The notes under the pieces: model-generated
What the model was told of the DNA's origin: nothing
The model's input: only the letters and a program-made list of their open reading frames with translations
Databases searched by the model: none
Translations under genes and position numbers: made by a program
DNA from: Brevundimonas sp.
GTDB lineage: Bacteria; Pseudomonadota; Alphaproteobacteria; Caulobacterales; Caulobacteraceae
Reading direction: 5' to 3'
NCBI GenBank assembly: GCA_036963825.1
Contig: JBALUZ010000001.1
Location: 1 to 49,063, forward strand
DNA: 49,063 bases
Part shown: positions 8,657 through 18,225 of the stretch, piece by piece
How the letters are laid out: each line of letters begins with the position of its first letter
Numbering within the stretch: position 1 is the stretch's first letter

Positions 8657-10350
8657 TGTCGCCCCCGGAACGCCTGACCGCCGCCCTGACCCTGGCCGTG
8701 ACGCTGGGGCTGTCGGCCCCCGCATCCGCCGGCGAGGCGCCCATCGTCGATGCGCCCGCGGGCGCCCTGCGCGGGGAGTCCGTGGGCGGCGTCGAGGTCT
8801 ATCGCGGCGTTCCCTATGCGCGGGCTCCGGTGAACGATCTTCGCTGGCGCGCCCCGCAGCCCCTGCCGCGGTGGAGCGGCGTGCGCGAGGCGCGGCGGTT
8901 CGGGGCCGCCTGCATGCAGCCGGCCTCGCCCTTCTACAATCATCCGGCGGTGAGCGAGGACTGCCTGTTCCTCAATGTCTGGGCCCCGGCCGAGGCGCGC
9001 AACGCGCCGGTCATGGTCTGGATTCATGGCGGCTCGCTGGTGGGCGGCGCCGGCAGCGATCCGCTTCACGACGGAACGGCCTTCGCCGGACAGGGCGTCA
9101 TGGTCGTCTCGATCAACTACCGGCTCGGCCCGCTGGGCTGGCTGGCCCATCCGGCGCTCAGCGCGGAGTCGGACGAGGGCGTGTCGGGCAACTACGGCCT
9201 GCTGGACCAGATCCAGGCCCTGCGATGGGTCCGGGACAACATCGCCGCCTTCGGGGGGGATCCGGGCAATGTGACCATCGCCGGGGAGTCCGCGGGGGCG
9301 CTCAGCGTCATGCTGCTCATGGCCGCGCCGGATGCGCGTGGCCTGTTTCACCGCGCCATCGCCCAGAGCGGCTACATGATCACCCTGCCGCCGCTGCGGG
9401 ACGGGCCCTACGCCGACTGGCCCGACGCCGAGGCCATCGGCGCGTCGCTGGCCGCCCGGCTGGGGGCCGACGATCCCGACGCCCTGCGCGCCATGGACGC
9501 CGGGGCGATCATCGCGGGCGCGGCGGGCGCGGGCTATTTCCCGCTGGCGACGGTGGACGGCCACATCCTGCCGGACCAGCTGGTCGACGTGTTCGATCGC
9601 GGCGAGCAGGCGCCCGTGCCGATCCTGGCCGGATACAACGAGGGCGAAATCCGTTCGCTGCGCTTCCTGCTGCCGCCCGCCCCCGCGACCGCCGAGGCCT
9701 ATGTCCGGGAAATCCGCGCCCGCTATGGCGATCTGGCGGAGAGCTTTCTGGCCCGCTATCCGCCCGACGACATCGACGCCAGCATGCTGGCGACCACCCG
9801 GGACGCGCTATACGGCTGGACCGCCGAACGGCTGGCGGCGAAGCAGACCGAGGCGGGGGCGCCGGCCTTCCTCTATTATTTTGACCACGGCTATCCGGCC
9901 GCGGAAGAGGCGGGCCTTCGCGCCTTCCACGCCTCGGAGGTCCCGTTCGTCTTCGGCACGACGGACTCGACCCCGGCCTACTGGCCGGCCGTGCCCCGGA
10001 CCCCGCCGCACCGGCGCCTGTCCCGGGCCATGCTCGGCTACTGGGCCGCCTTCATCCGCGACGGGACGCCCCGCGCCGAGGGCGAACCGCCATGGCGGCC
10101 CTACGACGACGCCCGCACCTACATGGCCTTCGAGGATCAGCCCGGGCTGCGCGCCGGGCCGCCCAACGCCTATGATCTCAACGAGGTGGTGGTCTGCCGC
10201 CGCCGCGCCCGGGGCGACCTCGCCTGGCACTGGAACGTCGGCGTGATTTCCCCGCCTTTGCCGGAAGCGGCCGGCTGTTTACTGAATGGCGAGCTCGCCC
10301 CGACGGCGCGAAGGCTTTCGTTGCGCCTTCGCCTACAGCCCGTGGGCTGA
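8653..10350 (+). CDS. Secreted type-B carboxylesterase
   Basis: Signal peptide; SEDCLFLNVW, WIHGG, GNYGLLDQ, FGGDPGNVTIAGESAG, FHASE. Confidence 0.93.
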   Translation: MMSPPERLTAALTLAVTLGLSAPASAGEAPIVDAPAGALRGESVGGVEVYRGVPYARAPVNDLRWRAPQPLPRWSGVREARRFGAACMQPASPFYNHPAVSEDCLFLNVWAPAEARNAPVMVWIHGGSLVGGAGSDPLHDGTAFAGQGVMVVSINYRLGPLGWLAHPALSAESDEGVSGNYGLLDQIQALRWVRDNIAAFGGDPGNVTIAGESAGALSVMLLMAAPDARGLFHRAIAQSGYMITLPPLRDGPYADWPDAEAIGASLAARLGADDPDALRAMDAGAIIAGAAGAGYFPLATVDGHILPDQLVDVFDRGEQAPVPILAGYNEGEIRSLRFLLPPAPATAEAYVREIRARYGDLAESFLARYPPDDIDASMLATTRDALYGWTAERLAAKQTEAGAPAFLYYFDHGYPAAEEAGLRAFHASEVPFVFGTTDSTPAYWPAVPRTPPHRRLSRAMLGYWAAFIRDGTPRAEGEPPWRPYDDARTYMAFEDQPGLRAGPPNAYDLNEVVVCRRRARGDLAWHWNVGVISPPLPEAAGCLLNGELAPTARRLSLRLRLQPVG

Positions 10351-10636
10351 TCCGGGTCGACGTTCGGCGCGCGCCCCAGGCCGGATTGATCTGTCCGAAA
10401 GCTCTGGATGCATGTCGCGTTATCCGTGCGCGCCCGAAAGCCGGTACTGGCGCGGCGCCGCACCGGAGACTCAACAAAGGCTCGAAGCGTGGCTGGAGGT
10501 CCGCTGGTGAACGCGTCCTGCCGCTCCGCGGACCCGACCCAAGCCCTCAACAAAACACGGCGTTATAGTAATCAAATGTTGAGGACTCAAAACCAAAACA
10601 TAGTGAGAAGAGGCGGGACCAACTTTCCGCATTTAT

Positions 10637-10651
10637 TTAAGTAGATACTAA
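10637..10651. promoter_or_regulatory. Possible CtrA-like site in AT-rich region upstream of mcp
   Basis: TTAA-N7-CTAA, one mismatch to TTAA-N7-TTAA, upstream of a chemotaxis gene. Confidence 0.3.
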
Positions 10652-11051
10652 ATTGTACGTTTACCATTTTCGATTTCAGCAACCATCGATACTTGTCATT
10701 GTCCCGGCGGGCGGCGCCTACCCGGGGGCACACGGGATCAGGACAGGGGAAAGCCCCCCTCGAACATCCGCGGAGCTGTAGCCTGATGGGATCCGTGGGC
10801 GCGTCCCGCAGTCTGCCGCGGGCGTTGCGGTCTCATCGGGTCCACTGCTCAAGCCGCTTCTCAATAGAAACTCGATCCAGGGCCTCCGCCGCATTGGGCC
10901 TACTCGCAGACGGGGCAGCAACCTCCCGAAACAATGACCAGGCTCGCTGTTCGAGGATCTGGTCGCAATCTTCTTCACCCTTTGACGGTCCGAAAAAGCC
11001 ACCGGGCCCACATGCACCCTGCGTGCAATCGCCGCCAGAAAGAGCTTCACA

Positions 11052-12989
11052 ATGCGTTTTGCCAACCTGTCCGTAGCGCGAAAACTGATGTTGGCCTTCG
11101 GGATCATGGTCATCATCAGCATGGCGTCTTCCGCCCTCAGCATCGCGAGAATGCACCACGCGGCGGAAGCGACGCGCTGGAACAACCACACTCACGAAGT
11201 CCTTGCCGCCGCCGCGGCCGTGGGAGCCGCAATGGTCGACCAGGAGACCGGCGTCCGCGGGTTCCTGATCGCGGGCGATGAACGGTTCCTGGAACCCTAT
11301 GAGGCCGGCGCAGAGGCCTATGATTCAGCCTTCGACCGGCTGAGGACCCTGACCTCCGACAACGCGGAACAACAGGCGCGCATCGCTGCCCTCGATGTCG
11401 CAGCCACCGCCTGGCGCGACGAAATCGCGGACGTGGAGATTCAGAAAATGGCGGACCCGGCGACGGTGGAAGAAGCCCGTCAAATGGAAACGTCGCAGGC
11501 TGGCAAGCGATACATGGATGAGATCCGCGCCAGGCTCGGCGAAATCCGCTCGACCGAAGAGGCATTGCTGGAGATGCGCTCCGCAGAGCAGCACAGGGAT
11601 GAAGCTGCAGCTAAACTCACCCTGGTTCTCGGCGGAGCGGCCGGCGTGGTCTGCGCCATCATCATGGGCTTCTTGCTGAGCCGGGCGATCGCCGCGCCTC
11701 TGGTGGCCTTGCAGCAGATGATGCGGAAGCTGGCCTCCGGCGACACGACCGTCGACATCACCGGCGCGGACCGCAAGGACGAAGTCGGCGGCATGGCTGC
11801 GGCCGTCCAGGTCTTCAAGGAAGCCGCGATCGAGAAGGTGCGGCTCGAGCGCATCGCTGCCGAGCAGGCGGCAACGGCGGAGGAAGACCGTCGCCGGCAG
11901 GAGGCCGCCAAGGCGGAGGCTGCCCGTCAGTTGGCCCTTGTCGTCGAGAACCTCGCCACCGGACTGGAAAAGCTGTCGGCAGGCGAGTTGACCTACCGCA
12001 TCGAACAGCCTTTTTCGGATGAGTACGAGAAGCTTCGCACGGACTTCAACGGAACCGTAGGCCAACTGCAGGAGACCATGCGGGTGGTGACCGGAAACGT
12101 CCGGCTCATGCGCTCCGGAACCGGCGAAATCAGCCAGGCCGCTGACGACCTGTCGCGGCGCACCGAACAGCAGGCCGCTTCCCTCGAGGAGACAGCCGCG
12201 GCGCTGGACGAGATCACCGCCACGGTCAACAGGACCGCCGAAGGCGCGACCGACGCGAGGAAGGTGGTGAACACCGCCAAGGAGGACGCCGAGCTCTCAG
12301 GCGAGGTCGTGCGCAACGCCGTCGCTGCGATGAGCGAGATCGAGAAGTCGGCTCAGGAGATCAGCCAGATCATTGGTGTGATTGATGAGATCGCTTTCCA
12401 GACCAATCTGCTGGCCCTGAATGCGGGGGTCGAGGCCGCTCGGGCGGGCGACGCCGGTCGTGGCTTCGCCGTCGTCGCATCCGAAGTCCGGGCCCTGGCC
12501 CAGCGCTCGGCCCAGGCGGCCAAGGAAATCAAAACGCTCATCGGCGCATCGTCACAGCAGGTGGGGTCGGGCGTGCACCTGGTCGGCCAGACCGGGGAGG
12601 CTCTTGAGCGGATCGTGGGCCAGGTCTCAAGGATCACGGCCATCGTCAACGAAATCGCGGCGTCTACGCAGGAGCAGGCGACAGGGCTGCATCAGGTGAA
12701 CACTGCGGTCAACCAGATGGACCAGGTGACGCAGCAGAACGCAGCGATGGTGGAGGAGACGACAGCCGCCAGCCATAGCCTCGCCCAGGAAGCGGAGCAG
12801 CTCTCGGTCCTGGTGAGCCGCTTCCAGGTGGGCGAAGAGGCGGCAACGCGCCTCAAGACGCTCGCGCCCGCCTCTTCGCGGCCGCCCGCTCCGGCGCCGA
12901 AAATGGCGTCGACGCGACCGGGCGCGGGCGTCAAGAGCAAGCCGAAGCTCGCGCTGGCGGGCGCAGCGGACAGCTGGGAGGAGTTCTAG
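11052..12989 (+). CDS. Methyl-accepting chemotaxis protein, CHASE3-like sensor plus HAMP
   Basis: Two TM segments, [44 protein letters not shown]-terminal pentapeptide SWEEF. Confidence 0.96.
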   Translation: MRFANLSVARKLMLAFGIMVIISMASSALSIARMHHAAEATRWNNHTHEVLAAAAAVGAAMVDQETGVRGFLIAGDERFLEPYEAGAEAYDSAFDRLRTLTSDNAEQQARIAALDVAATAWRDEIADVEIQKMADPATVEEARQMETSQAGKRYMDEIRARLGEIRSTEEALLEMRSAEQHRDEAAAKLTLVLGGAAGVVCAIIMGFLLSRAIAAPLVALQQMMRKLASGDTTVDITGADRKDEVGGMAAAVQVFKEAAIEKVRLERIAAEQAATAEEDRRRQEAAKAEAARQLALVVENLATGLEKLSAGELTYRIEQPFSDEYEKLRTDFNGTVGQLQETMRVVTGNVRLMRSGTGEISQAADDLSRRTEQQAASLEETAAALDEITATVNRTAEGATDARKVVNTAKEDAELSGEVVRNAVAAMSEIEKSAQEISQIIGVIDEIAFQTNLLALNAGVEAARAGDAGRGFAVVASEVRALAQRSAQAAKEIKTLIGASSQQVGSGVHLVGQTGEALERIVGQVSRITAIVNEIAASTQEQATGLHQVNTAVNQMDQVTQQNAAMVEETTAASHSLAQEAEQLSVLVSRFQVGEEAATRLKTLAPASSRPPAPAPKMASTRPGAGVKSKPKLALAGAADSWEEF

Positions 12990-13450
12990 TGACGGTTCAG
13001 CAGGCCGCTGCCGTCCTGCCGGTCAAGCTGATCTCCGTTCGTGTTGGCGAGCAGTTGTTCGCGCTCGACATCGGGGTTCTGCGCGAGATCCGCGGCTGGT
13101 CCACATCGACGCCTCTGCCGCAAGCGCCCGCATATGTCCTGGGCATGATCAACCTTCGGGGCCAGGTGCTTCCCGTGCTTGACCTCGCCTTGCGCCTCGG
13201 GCTGGCGCCAAGCCAGCCTGATGCTTCGTCCGTGGTGGTGGTGGCGGAACTCGGAGGGAGGACCGTCGGCCTGCTGGTGAGCGCGGTGTGCGACATCATC
13301 AACGTGGCCCCCGATCGTGTCCAGGCTGCGCCCGATCTGGGCAGCCCGGGACGAAGCGCATTCGTTCAGGGAGTGATCACGCTCGGGGACGAGATCGTCA
13401 CCTACCTGGATCTGCATGCGGCCTTGCCGGAAACAGGGTTGGCCGCCTGA
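12989..13450 (+). CDS. cheW: Chemotaxis adaptor CheW
   Basis: FALDIGVLREIRGW, PAYVLGMINLRGQVLPVLDL, VGLLVSAVCDI; coupled to the mcp stop. Confidence 0.95.
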   Translation: MTVQQAAAVLPVKLISVRVGEQLFALDIGVLREIRGWSTSTPLPQAPAYVLGMINLRGQVLPVLDLALRLGLAPSQPDASSVVVVAELGGRTVGLLVSAVCDIINVAPDRVQAAPDLGSPGRSAFVQGVITLGDEIVTYLDLHAALPETGLAA

Positions 13451-13574
13451 GGCCACGGGGCTCCAGGTTCTCCGTTCGAACCGGGAGGTCGCGGCGCAAC
13501 CGGCCGGGTTCGGACCTGGCTCCGGCCCACAGGGCGCCCTCGTTTCGCGCCTGGCTTTCCCGCGTCGACCAGGG

Positions 13575-14504
13575 TCAGAGGGCGTCGCGGAAGAAGCGCA
13601 CCACCTCGCGGTTGAACAGCTGATGAAACGCCCCGCGGTCGAAGCCCGGTTGAGACTGGCACAGCACGGGAATCGCCGCCTCAAGCGCCTCGGAGCAGGG
13701 CGGCAGGAAGTCAAAATGCCCGGCGCGGGCGACCCGATGGTATTCCGGCGCCCGGCCGAGGCGGTCGCGGATCGGTTCGACGTTAAAGGGCGCGGGCAGA
13801 ACCTCGTCATCGCCGGCCTGCCAGAGCTGCACCGGAATGGTGACCGTGGCGAGGCTCTCGTCCGTGAAGGCGAAACCGAGGCCGGGAGCCGCAATCACGG
13901 CGGCCCCGACGCGAGGGTCGTGGCCGACGGGTCTCCAGGTCGCTGGGTCAATGGCGGATCGTCTGATCAGGCCGCAGGCGAACATCGCCGGCTGCTCTTC
14001 GCAATGGCGGCGGATCAGGGCGAGGTCGCTGACGCCGCCGACCAGGGCGGTGACCGTGAAGCCCCCCGCCGAAAACCCGAACGCCCCGATGCGCGCCGGA
14101 TCGACAGCCACGGGCCCCGACCAGTCACGGGTCATGTGATCGATCAGCAGGCTGACGTGGCGCGGCCGGTCCGTCAGCTGCGTCTGGCGGCTGTCGTCGC
14201 GCCAGTTGTCGCCGGGGTGGGTCAGGGCGGCGACCACGAACCCGGCCGCCGCCAGCGCCTCTGCGGTGTCGTGGTGTCCCTGGGCGTGGCCGCCGTTGCC
14301 GTGAGAAATCACGATCAGCGGTCTCGGCCCCGCGAAGTCGGCAGCGTCCGGCAGCCAGACGCCGGCCTCGATCTCTCCGCCCGCAGGATCGGGGAAACGG
14401 AAGGTCTGGTCGGTCTGCTGGGCTCGGGCCGCGTCGGGCGAGGCCGAGACGGCGGCGAGGATGAGGGCGGCGATCGGGGCGACGAGGGGGCGAAGAAAAG
14501 ACAT
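13575..14504 (-). CDS. Secreted alpha/beta hydrolase (dienelactone-hydrolase/PAF-AH-like)
   Basis: Signal peptide; PLIVISHGNGG, GFSAGG, AGHFDF. Confidence 0.85.
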   Translation of the reverse strand: MSFLRPLVAPIAALILAAVSASPDAARAQQTDQTFRFPDPAGGEIEAGVWLPDAADFAGPRPLIVISHGNGGHAQGHHDTAEALAAAGFVVAALTHPGDNWRDDSRQTQLTDRPRHVSLLIDHMTRDWSGPVAVDPARIGAFGFSAGGFTVTALVGGVSDLALIRRHCEEQPAMFACGLIRRSAIDPATWRPVGHDPRVGAAVIAAPGLGFAFTDESLATVTIPVQLWQAGDDEVLPAPFNVEPIRDRLGRAPEYHRVARAGHFDFLPPCSEALEAAIPVLCQSQPGFDRGAFHQLFNREVVRFFRDAL

Positions 14505-14570
14505 GGATGGTCTGCCGGAAATCAGGGATGCGCTCCGATCCGCAATCTGCACGGCTAGCGCCAGCCCCGC

Positions 14571-14600
14571 TTCGTGAACGGGCGAACGGGTTCGCGGCCC
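14571..14600. promoter_or_regulatory. Possible LytTR direct-repeat binding site
   Basis: TTCGTG (14571) and TTCGCG (14591) 20 bp apart, plus tandem GAACGGG, between divergent hydrolase and lytTR genes. Confidence 0.3.
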
Positions 14601-14655
14601 GGCCACTGGTCAGGCCGACCGCCTGGGCTGTACCGTCGCGCCGGAAGGGGATTCG

Positions 14656-15423
14656 ATGACCGAGACGTCAGATACGGCCAGGGGATGGGCGATCGAACTG
14701 GCGGCCTGTCTGGCGACCGGCGTCCTGCTGGGCGTGATCGGCCCGTTCGGCAGTTACCTCAACGACGTCCTGATCATCAGGGTCGCCTACTGGGTGATCG
14801 TCTTCCTGTCCTGCGGCGTGGCTCTGGGGCTGGTGGTCCGGATCCTGGCTCCGCGTGCGCGACAGGCCGGCGTGCCGACCTGGGCCTGGGCGCCGGCCAT
14901 GGTGCTGGCGATCGCCTTTCCCCTGGCGGGGTTCACCCGCCTGGTCGCCGTCGCCTTCTGGCCGGCGATCCGCGAAAGGGTGGGCGTGGTCGACTGGTAT
15001 GGTCAGACGCTGCTGATATGCCTCGTCTATCTGGCGCTGCACGCCGTCGTCGCCCGCCGGACCGGGCGGCCGGAGCCGCAGCGCGGCGAAACCGGCTCCG
15101 GCGACCCGCGCATCCTGCGTCACCTGCCCCCGCGCCTCGGCAGCGACCTGCTGTGCCTGTCGATGGAGGACCACTACGTCCGCCTGCACACGGCCGGCGG
15201 GTCGGTTCTGGTGCTGATGTCGCTGAGCCGCGCGTTAAGGGAGCTGGGCGACATCGACGGCCTGCAGGTCCACCGATCCTGGTGGGTCGCGCGTCATGCC
15301 GTGACCGGAGTGATCGAGGACGGGCGCAAGCTTCGCCTCCGGCTCAAGGGTGGCCTGGAAGCGCCGGTGTCCCGGGCGAGCGTCGCCCGCCTGCGCGAGG
15401 CGGGCTGGCTGGACGCCAGGTGA
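14656..15423 (+). CDS. Membrane-anchored LytTR DNA-binding regulator
   Basis: About four N-terminal TM segments; MEDHYVRLHT, GLQVHRSWWV, PVSR. Confidence 0.92.
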   Translation: MTETSDTARGWAIELAACLATGVLLGVIGPFGSYLNDVLIIRVAYWVIVFLSCGVALGLVVRILAPRARQAGVPTWAWAPAMVLAIAFPLAGFTRLVAVAFWPAIRERVGVVDWYGQTLLICLVYLALHAVVARRTGRPEPQRGETGSGDPRILRHLPPRLGSDLLCLSMEDHYVRLHTAGGSVLVLMSLSRALRELGDIDGLQVHRSWWVARHAVTGVIEDGRKLRLRLKGGLEAPVSRASVARLREAGWLDAR

Positions 15424-15451
15424 CCTGCCAGACCTGCGCCCGCCCGTCCGG

Positions 15452-16534
15452 CTAGACGTAGAACCACTCGTCGCCGAGATACTCCACGATGCGGCTGGCC
15501 AGACCTGACGCGAAGACGCCGTCCGAGTTCCCGAACATGACGACGCCGTCGCCGCTCTCGGGATAGAAATGGCAGTAGGCCCTGAAGTCGCCGTTGTTCC
15601 CCGAATGGAAGTAGCGCAGCCCCCGCCCGGTCAGTCTTACGGGAAATCCGAGGCTGCGGTGCAATTCGCCGGCCTCGGCGGGCATCGCCGACTGAATCGC
15701 CAGAAGACGCTCCACCGCCCCGGCGCGGGCGGCGTCCGGACGGAGCAGAACCGTCAGCAGGCGGGCATAGTCCAGCGCCGTCGTGTTGAGGCTGTAGGAC
15801 GCCCCGAAATTGTGATCGTGCCGATCGTTGTCGGTTGGCTCGCCATGGCGGTGGCCGAACGCCTTCCTGGCGGGGATCGAGTCATCCCAGGTGAAGCGGA
15901 CGAAGCCGGCGCCGGCGTGTTCCGTGACCTGGGCGTCGAACAGCGCCTGAAGTCCGTCGTCATCGACGTCCAGAACGTGTTTGAGCGCGTCCTTCAGGTA
16001 TTCGTAGGCCTCGCCCGAATAGCCATACGCCGTGCCCGGCTGAAACAGGAAGCGGAGCTCGCCGCCGGTGTCGGAGCGCCAATTGGGCAGGCCCGAAGAA
16101 TGGGCGAGCACCATGCGGGCGGTAAGCTGCCGCGACCAGACCTCGCCCGCCAGGTCCGGATGCGGCCAGTACTGGTGGAGCGGTCGATCCAGGTCCAGAA
16201 GCCCTTGTTCGGCCTGCAGCATGACGAAATAGGCGAAAACCGGCTTGGAGAGGGACGCCGCCTCGAACAGGGTGTCCGTCGTCACCGGGTCGCCCGTCCC
16301 GGCCTCTCTCACGCCGAACGCGCCGTGATAGACGATCTCGCCGTCGCGGATGATCGCCAGCGACAGGCCGGGCACGCCGGTCGCCGCCATCTCCTGCCGG
16401 ATGAACGCCTCCAGCCCGGCGAACTCGGACTGCGGCGCGGCAAGGCTGTGCGCTCCGCGCTCCGGCATGGGCGGCGTGCCGCAGGCCGCCAGCAAGCCGA
16501 CTAGGGCAGCGGCCAGCAGAGTCTCCGGACGCAT
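15452..16534 (-). CDS. Serine hydrolase (beta-lactamase family) lipoprotein
   Basis: Lipobox LLAAC; FEAASLSK, LAHSSGLP, YGYSG, HSGNN. Confidence 0.88.
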   Translation of the reverse strand: MRPETLLAAALVGLLAACGTPPMPERGAHSLAAPQSEFAGLEAFIRQEMAATGVPGLSLAIIRDGEIVYHGAFGVREAGTGDPVTTDTLFEAASLSKPVFAYFVMLQAEQGLLDLDRPLHQYWPHPDLAGEVWSRQLTARMVLAHSSGLPNWRSDTGGELRFLFQPGTAYGYSGEAYEYLKDALKHVLDVDDDGLQALFDAQVTEHAGAGFVRFTWDDSIPARKAFGHRHGEPTDNDRHDHNFGASYSLNTTALDYARLLTVLLRPDAARAGAVERLLAIQSAMPAEAGELHRSLGFPVRLTGRGLRYFHSGNNGDFRAYCHFYPESGDGVVMFGNSDGVFASGLASRIVEYLGDEWFYV

Positions 16535-16538
16535 CGCC

Positions 16539-17981
16539 CTAGTTCCTGGGAAAATCGTTATTGTAGCCGCTCGCGCGGGTGACGCGGACCCACCGCACCG
16601 CGCCATCGGGAGACTCCAGGAATTCGTAGATCGTGTTCTGCGACGGCGCGATGAAGGTCGTCGGCGTCAACGGCGTCAGGGGCTCCGCGCCGTCATCGGC
16701 AGAGCGGACCCCGAGCGCGCCGTCTTCGAGCTCGATCCGGAAGCCGCCTTCGGCGGGCGCGCCGCCGAACGCCCCGACGAAGCGGTGCAGATCGGGCACG
16801 GGCTCGTCCAGGGCTTCATGGACGTCGGGTTCAAGAAGCGACCAGCCATACTCTCTCGCCACGGAACGGGCGATCGCCGCCATCAGGTCAAAGCCATTGT
16901 CGCTGTTTGTCATGATGACCAGCGCCTGCCCATGCGGCAGTGATCCGACCATGTAGCTGGTGAAGCCGGCGTTGCTGCCCCAGTGCTCGAAAAGCAGTTC
17001 GCCGTCCGGGCCGGCCCTGCGGGTGAAGCCGAGGCGACCGTCGGACGGTGCAAAGACCTCCGCCGCCAGGCTCGCCGAGAGGATGCGGCCGGAACCGGTT
17101 TCGCGGTCAGCCATCAGGGCGCCGGCGAACCGGGCGAGATCCGAAGGCGTCGACCACAACCCGCCGGCGGCAAGGAAGGGAAAGAGCTGATCCGGATAGG
17201 CCTCCAGATCACTGGAATATCCGGTGGCCGCCACCGCGTTCAGGGCGGGGGGGATGGGCTGGGAGAACGCGCTCTGCGTCATCCCGGCCGGGCCGAATAT
17301 GCGCCGCTCGACAACGTTCTGGAAATCGTCGCCGGCCGCGTCCTGGACCAATTTCTGGATAATGGCGTAGCCGGGATTGGAGTAGCGGTAGCGCTCACCC
17401 GGAACGGCTTCCATGATCACCGGCGGGTCGACCGAAGGCGCAGCGCCGGACAGCATGGCCTCGATCGAGGGGGTCGCTTCTCCCGGGTCGTAGGCGGACC
17501 ACAGGTGGTTCGCCACCCCGGCCGTATGGGCGATCAGACGGCGCAGCGTGACCGGCTCGGCGCGCGTGAACTCGCTGGCGGGCAGTCGCCAGCCGTCCAG
17601 ATAGGCGTTGACGTCCTGGTCCAGACTCAAGGCGCCCTGATCGACCAGGCTCAGCGCCGTCATGGCCGCCACCGGCTTGCTCAGCGAGGCCGCCGCGAAG
17701 ACGGTCTCGGGCGTGACCGGTGCAGCGGCGTCCAGGTCCGCATAGCCGAAGGTCAGCCTCCAGGCGATCTCGCCGTCATCGACGAAGGCGATGGAGACGC
17801 CGGGAACGTCCTGCTCCAGCATCGCCTCGGGGATCGAGGTCCGGTTGAGATGACCTTCCAGGTAGTGGGCGGGGAGCACGCTTTCCTGAATCCGCTGTTG
17901 TGGCGACGGCACCACCGGTTCTGGCCCGGCCTGGACGGAGACAGCCATAATCGCCGCCAAACAGTGGGTGAATATCGTCAT
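16539..17981 (-). CDS. Secreted serine hydrolase (beta-lactamase family) with C-terminal extension
   Basis: AASLSK, YRYSN (YxN), [17 protein letters not shown]. Confidence 0.9.
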   Translation of the reverse strand: MTIFTHCLAAIMAVSVQAGPEPVVPSPQQRIQESVLPAHYLEGHLNRTSIPEAMLEQDVPGVSIAFVDDGEIAWRLTFGYADLDAAAPVTPETVFAAASLSKPVAAMTALSLVDQGALSLDQDVNAYLDGWRLPASEFTRAEPVTLRRLIAHTAGVANHLWSAYDPGEATPSIEAMLSGAAPSVDPPVIMEAVPGERYRYSNPGYAIIQKLVQDAAGDDFQNVVERRIFGPAGMTQSAFSQPIPPALNAVAATGYSSDLEAYPDQLFPFLAAGGLWSTPSDLARFAGALMADRETGSGRILSASLAAEVFAPSDGRLGFTRRAGPDGELLFEHWGSNAGFTSYMVGSLPHGQALVIMTNSDNGFDLMAAIARSVAREYGWSLLEPDVHEALDEPVPDLHRFVGAFGGAPAEGGFRIELEDGALGVRSADDGAEPLTPLTPTTFIAPSQNTIYEFLESPDGAVRWVRVTRASGYNNDFPRN

Positions 17982-18066
17982 GCGTCGAGTCCTGGTCTAT
18001 CAGGGCCGAAGGGCGTTCAATGCTGGGAAGGCTCTACACAAGCGTCACCGCCGGAGGTCGCGCAAC

Positions 18067-18080
18067 TTACCAATTGGTAA
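18067..18080. promoter_or_regulatory. Perfect 14-bp palindrome, putative operator of the serine-hydrolase pair
   Basis: TTACCAATTGGTAA, AT-rich in GC-rich DNA, about 85 bp upstream of ATG 17981. Confidence 0.6.
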
Positions 18081-18225
18081 CGACTCCTCGCGCGGTCGCC
18101 TCAACCCGCCGGACGCTGAAGCATGCACGGATGAATCCCGGAGACGCGCCCGCAGGCCATCGGTCCTCGAGGACCGCCGTGCGGAACCGGACGCCGGGCG
18201 CGTCGCACGAGCGTTCCACCCTCCG

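Noticed and set aside
10170-11195. Several 60-157-aa ORFs in the intergenic region
   Set aside because: No RBS, motif or codon bias; mutually overlapping.
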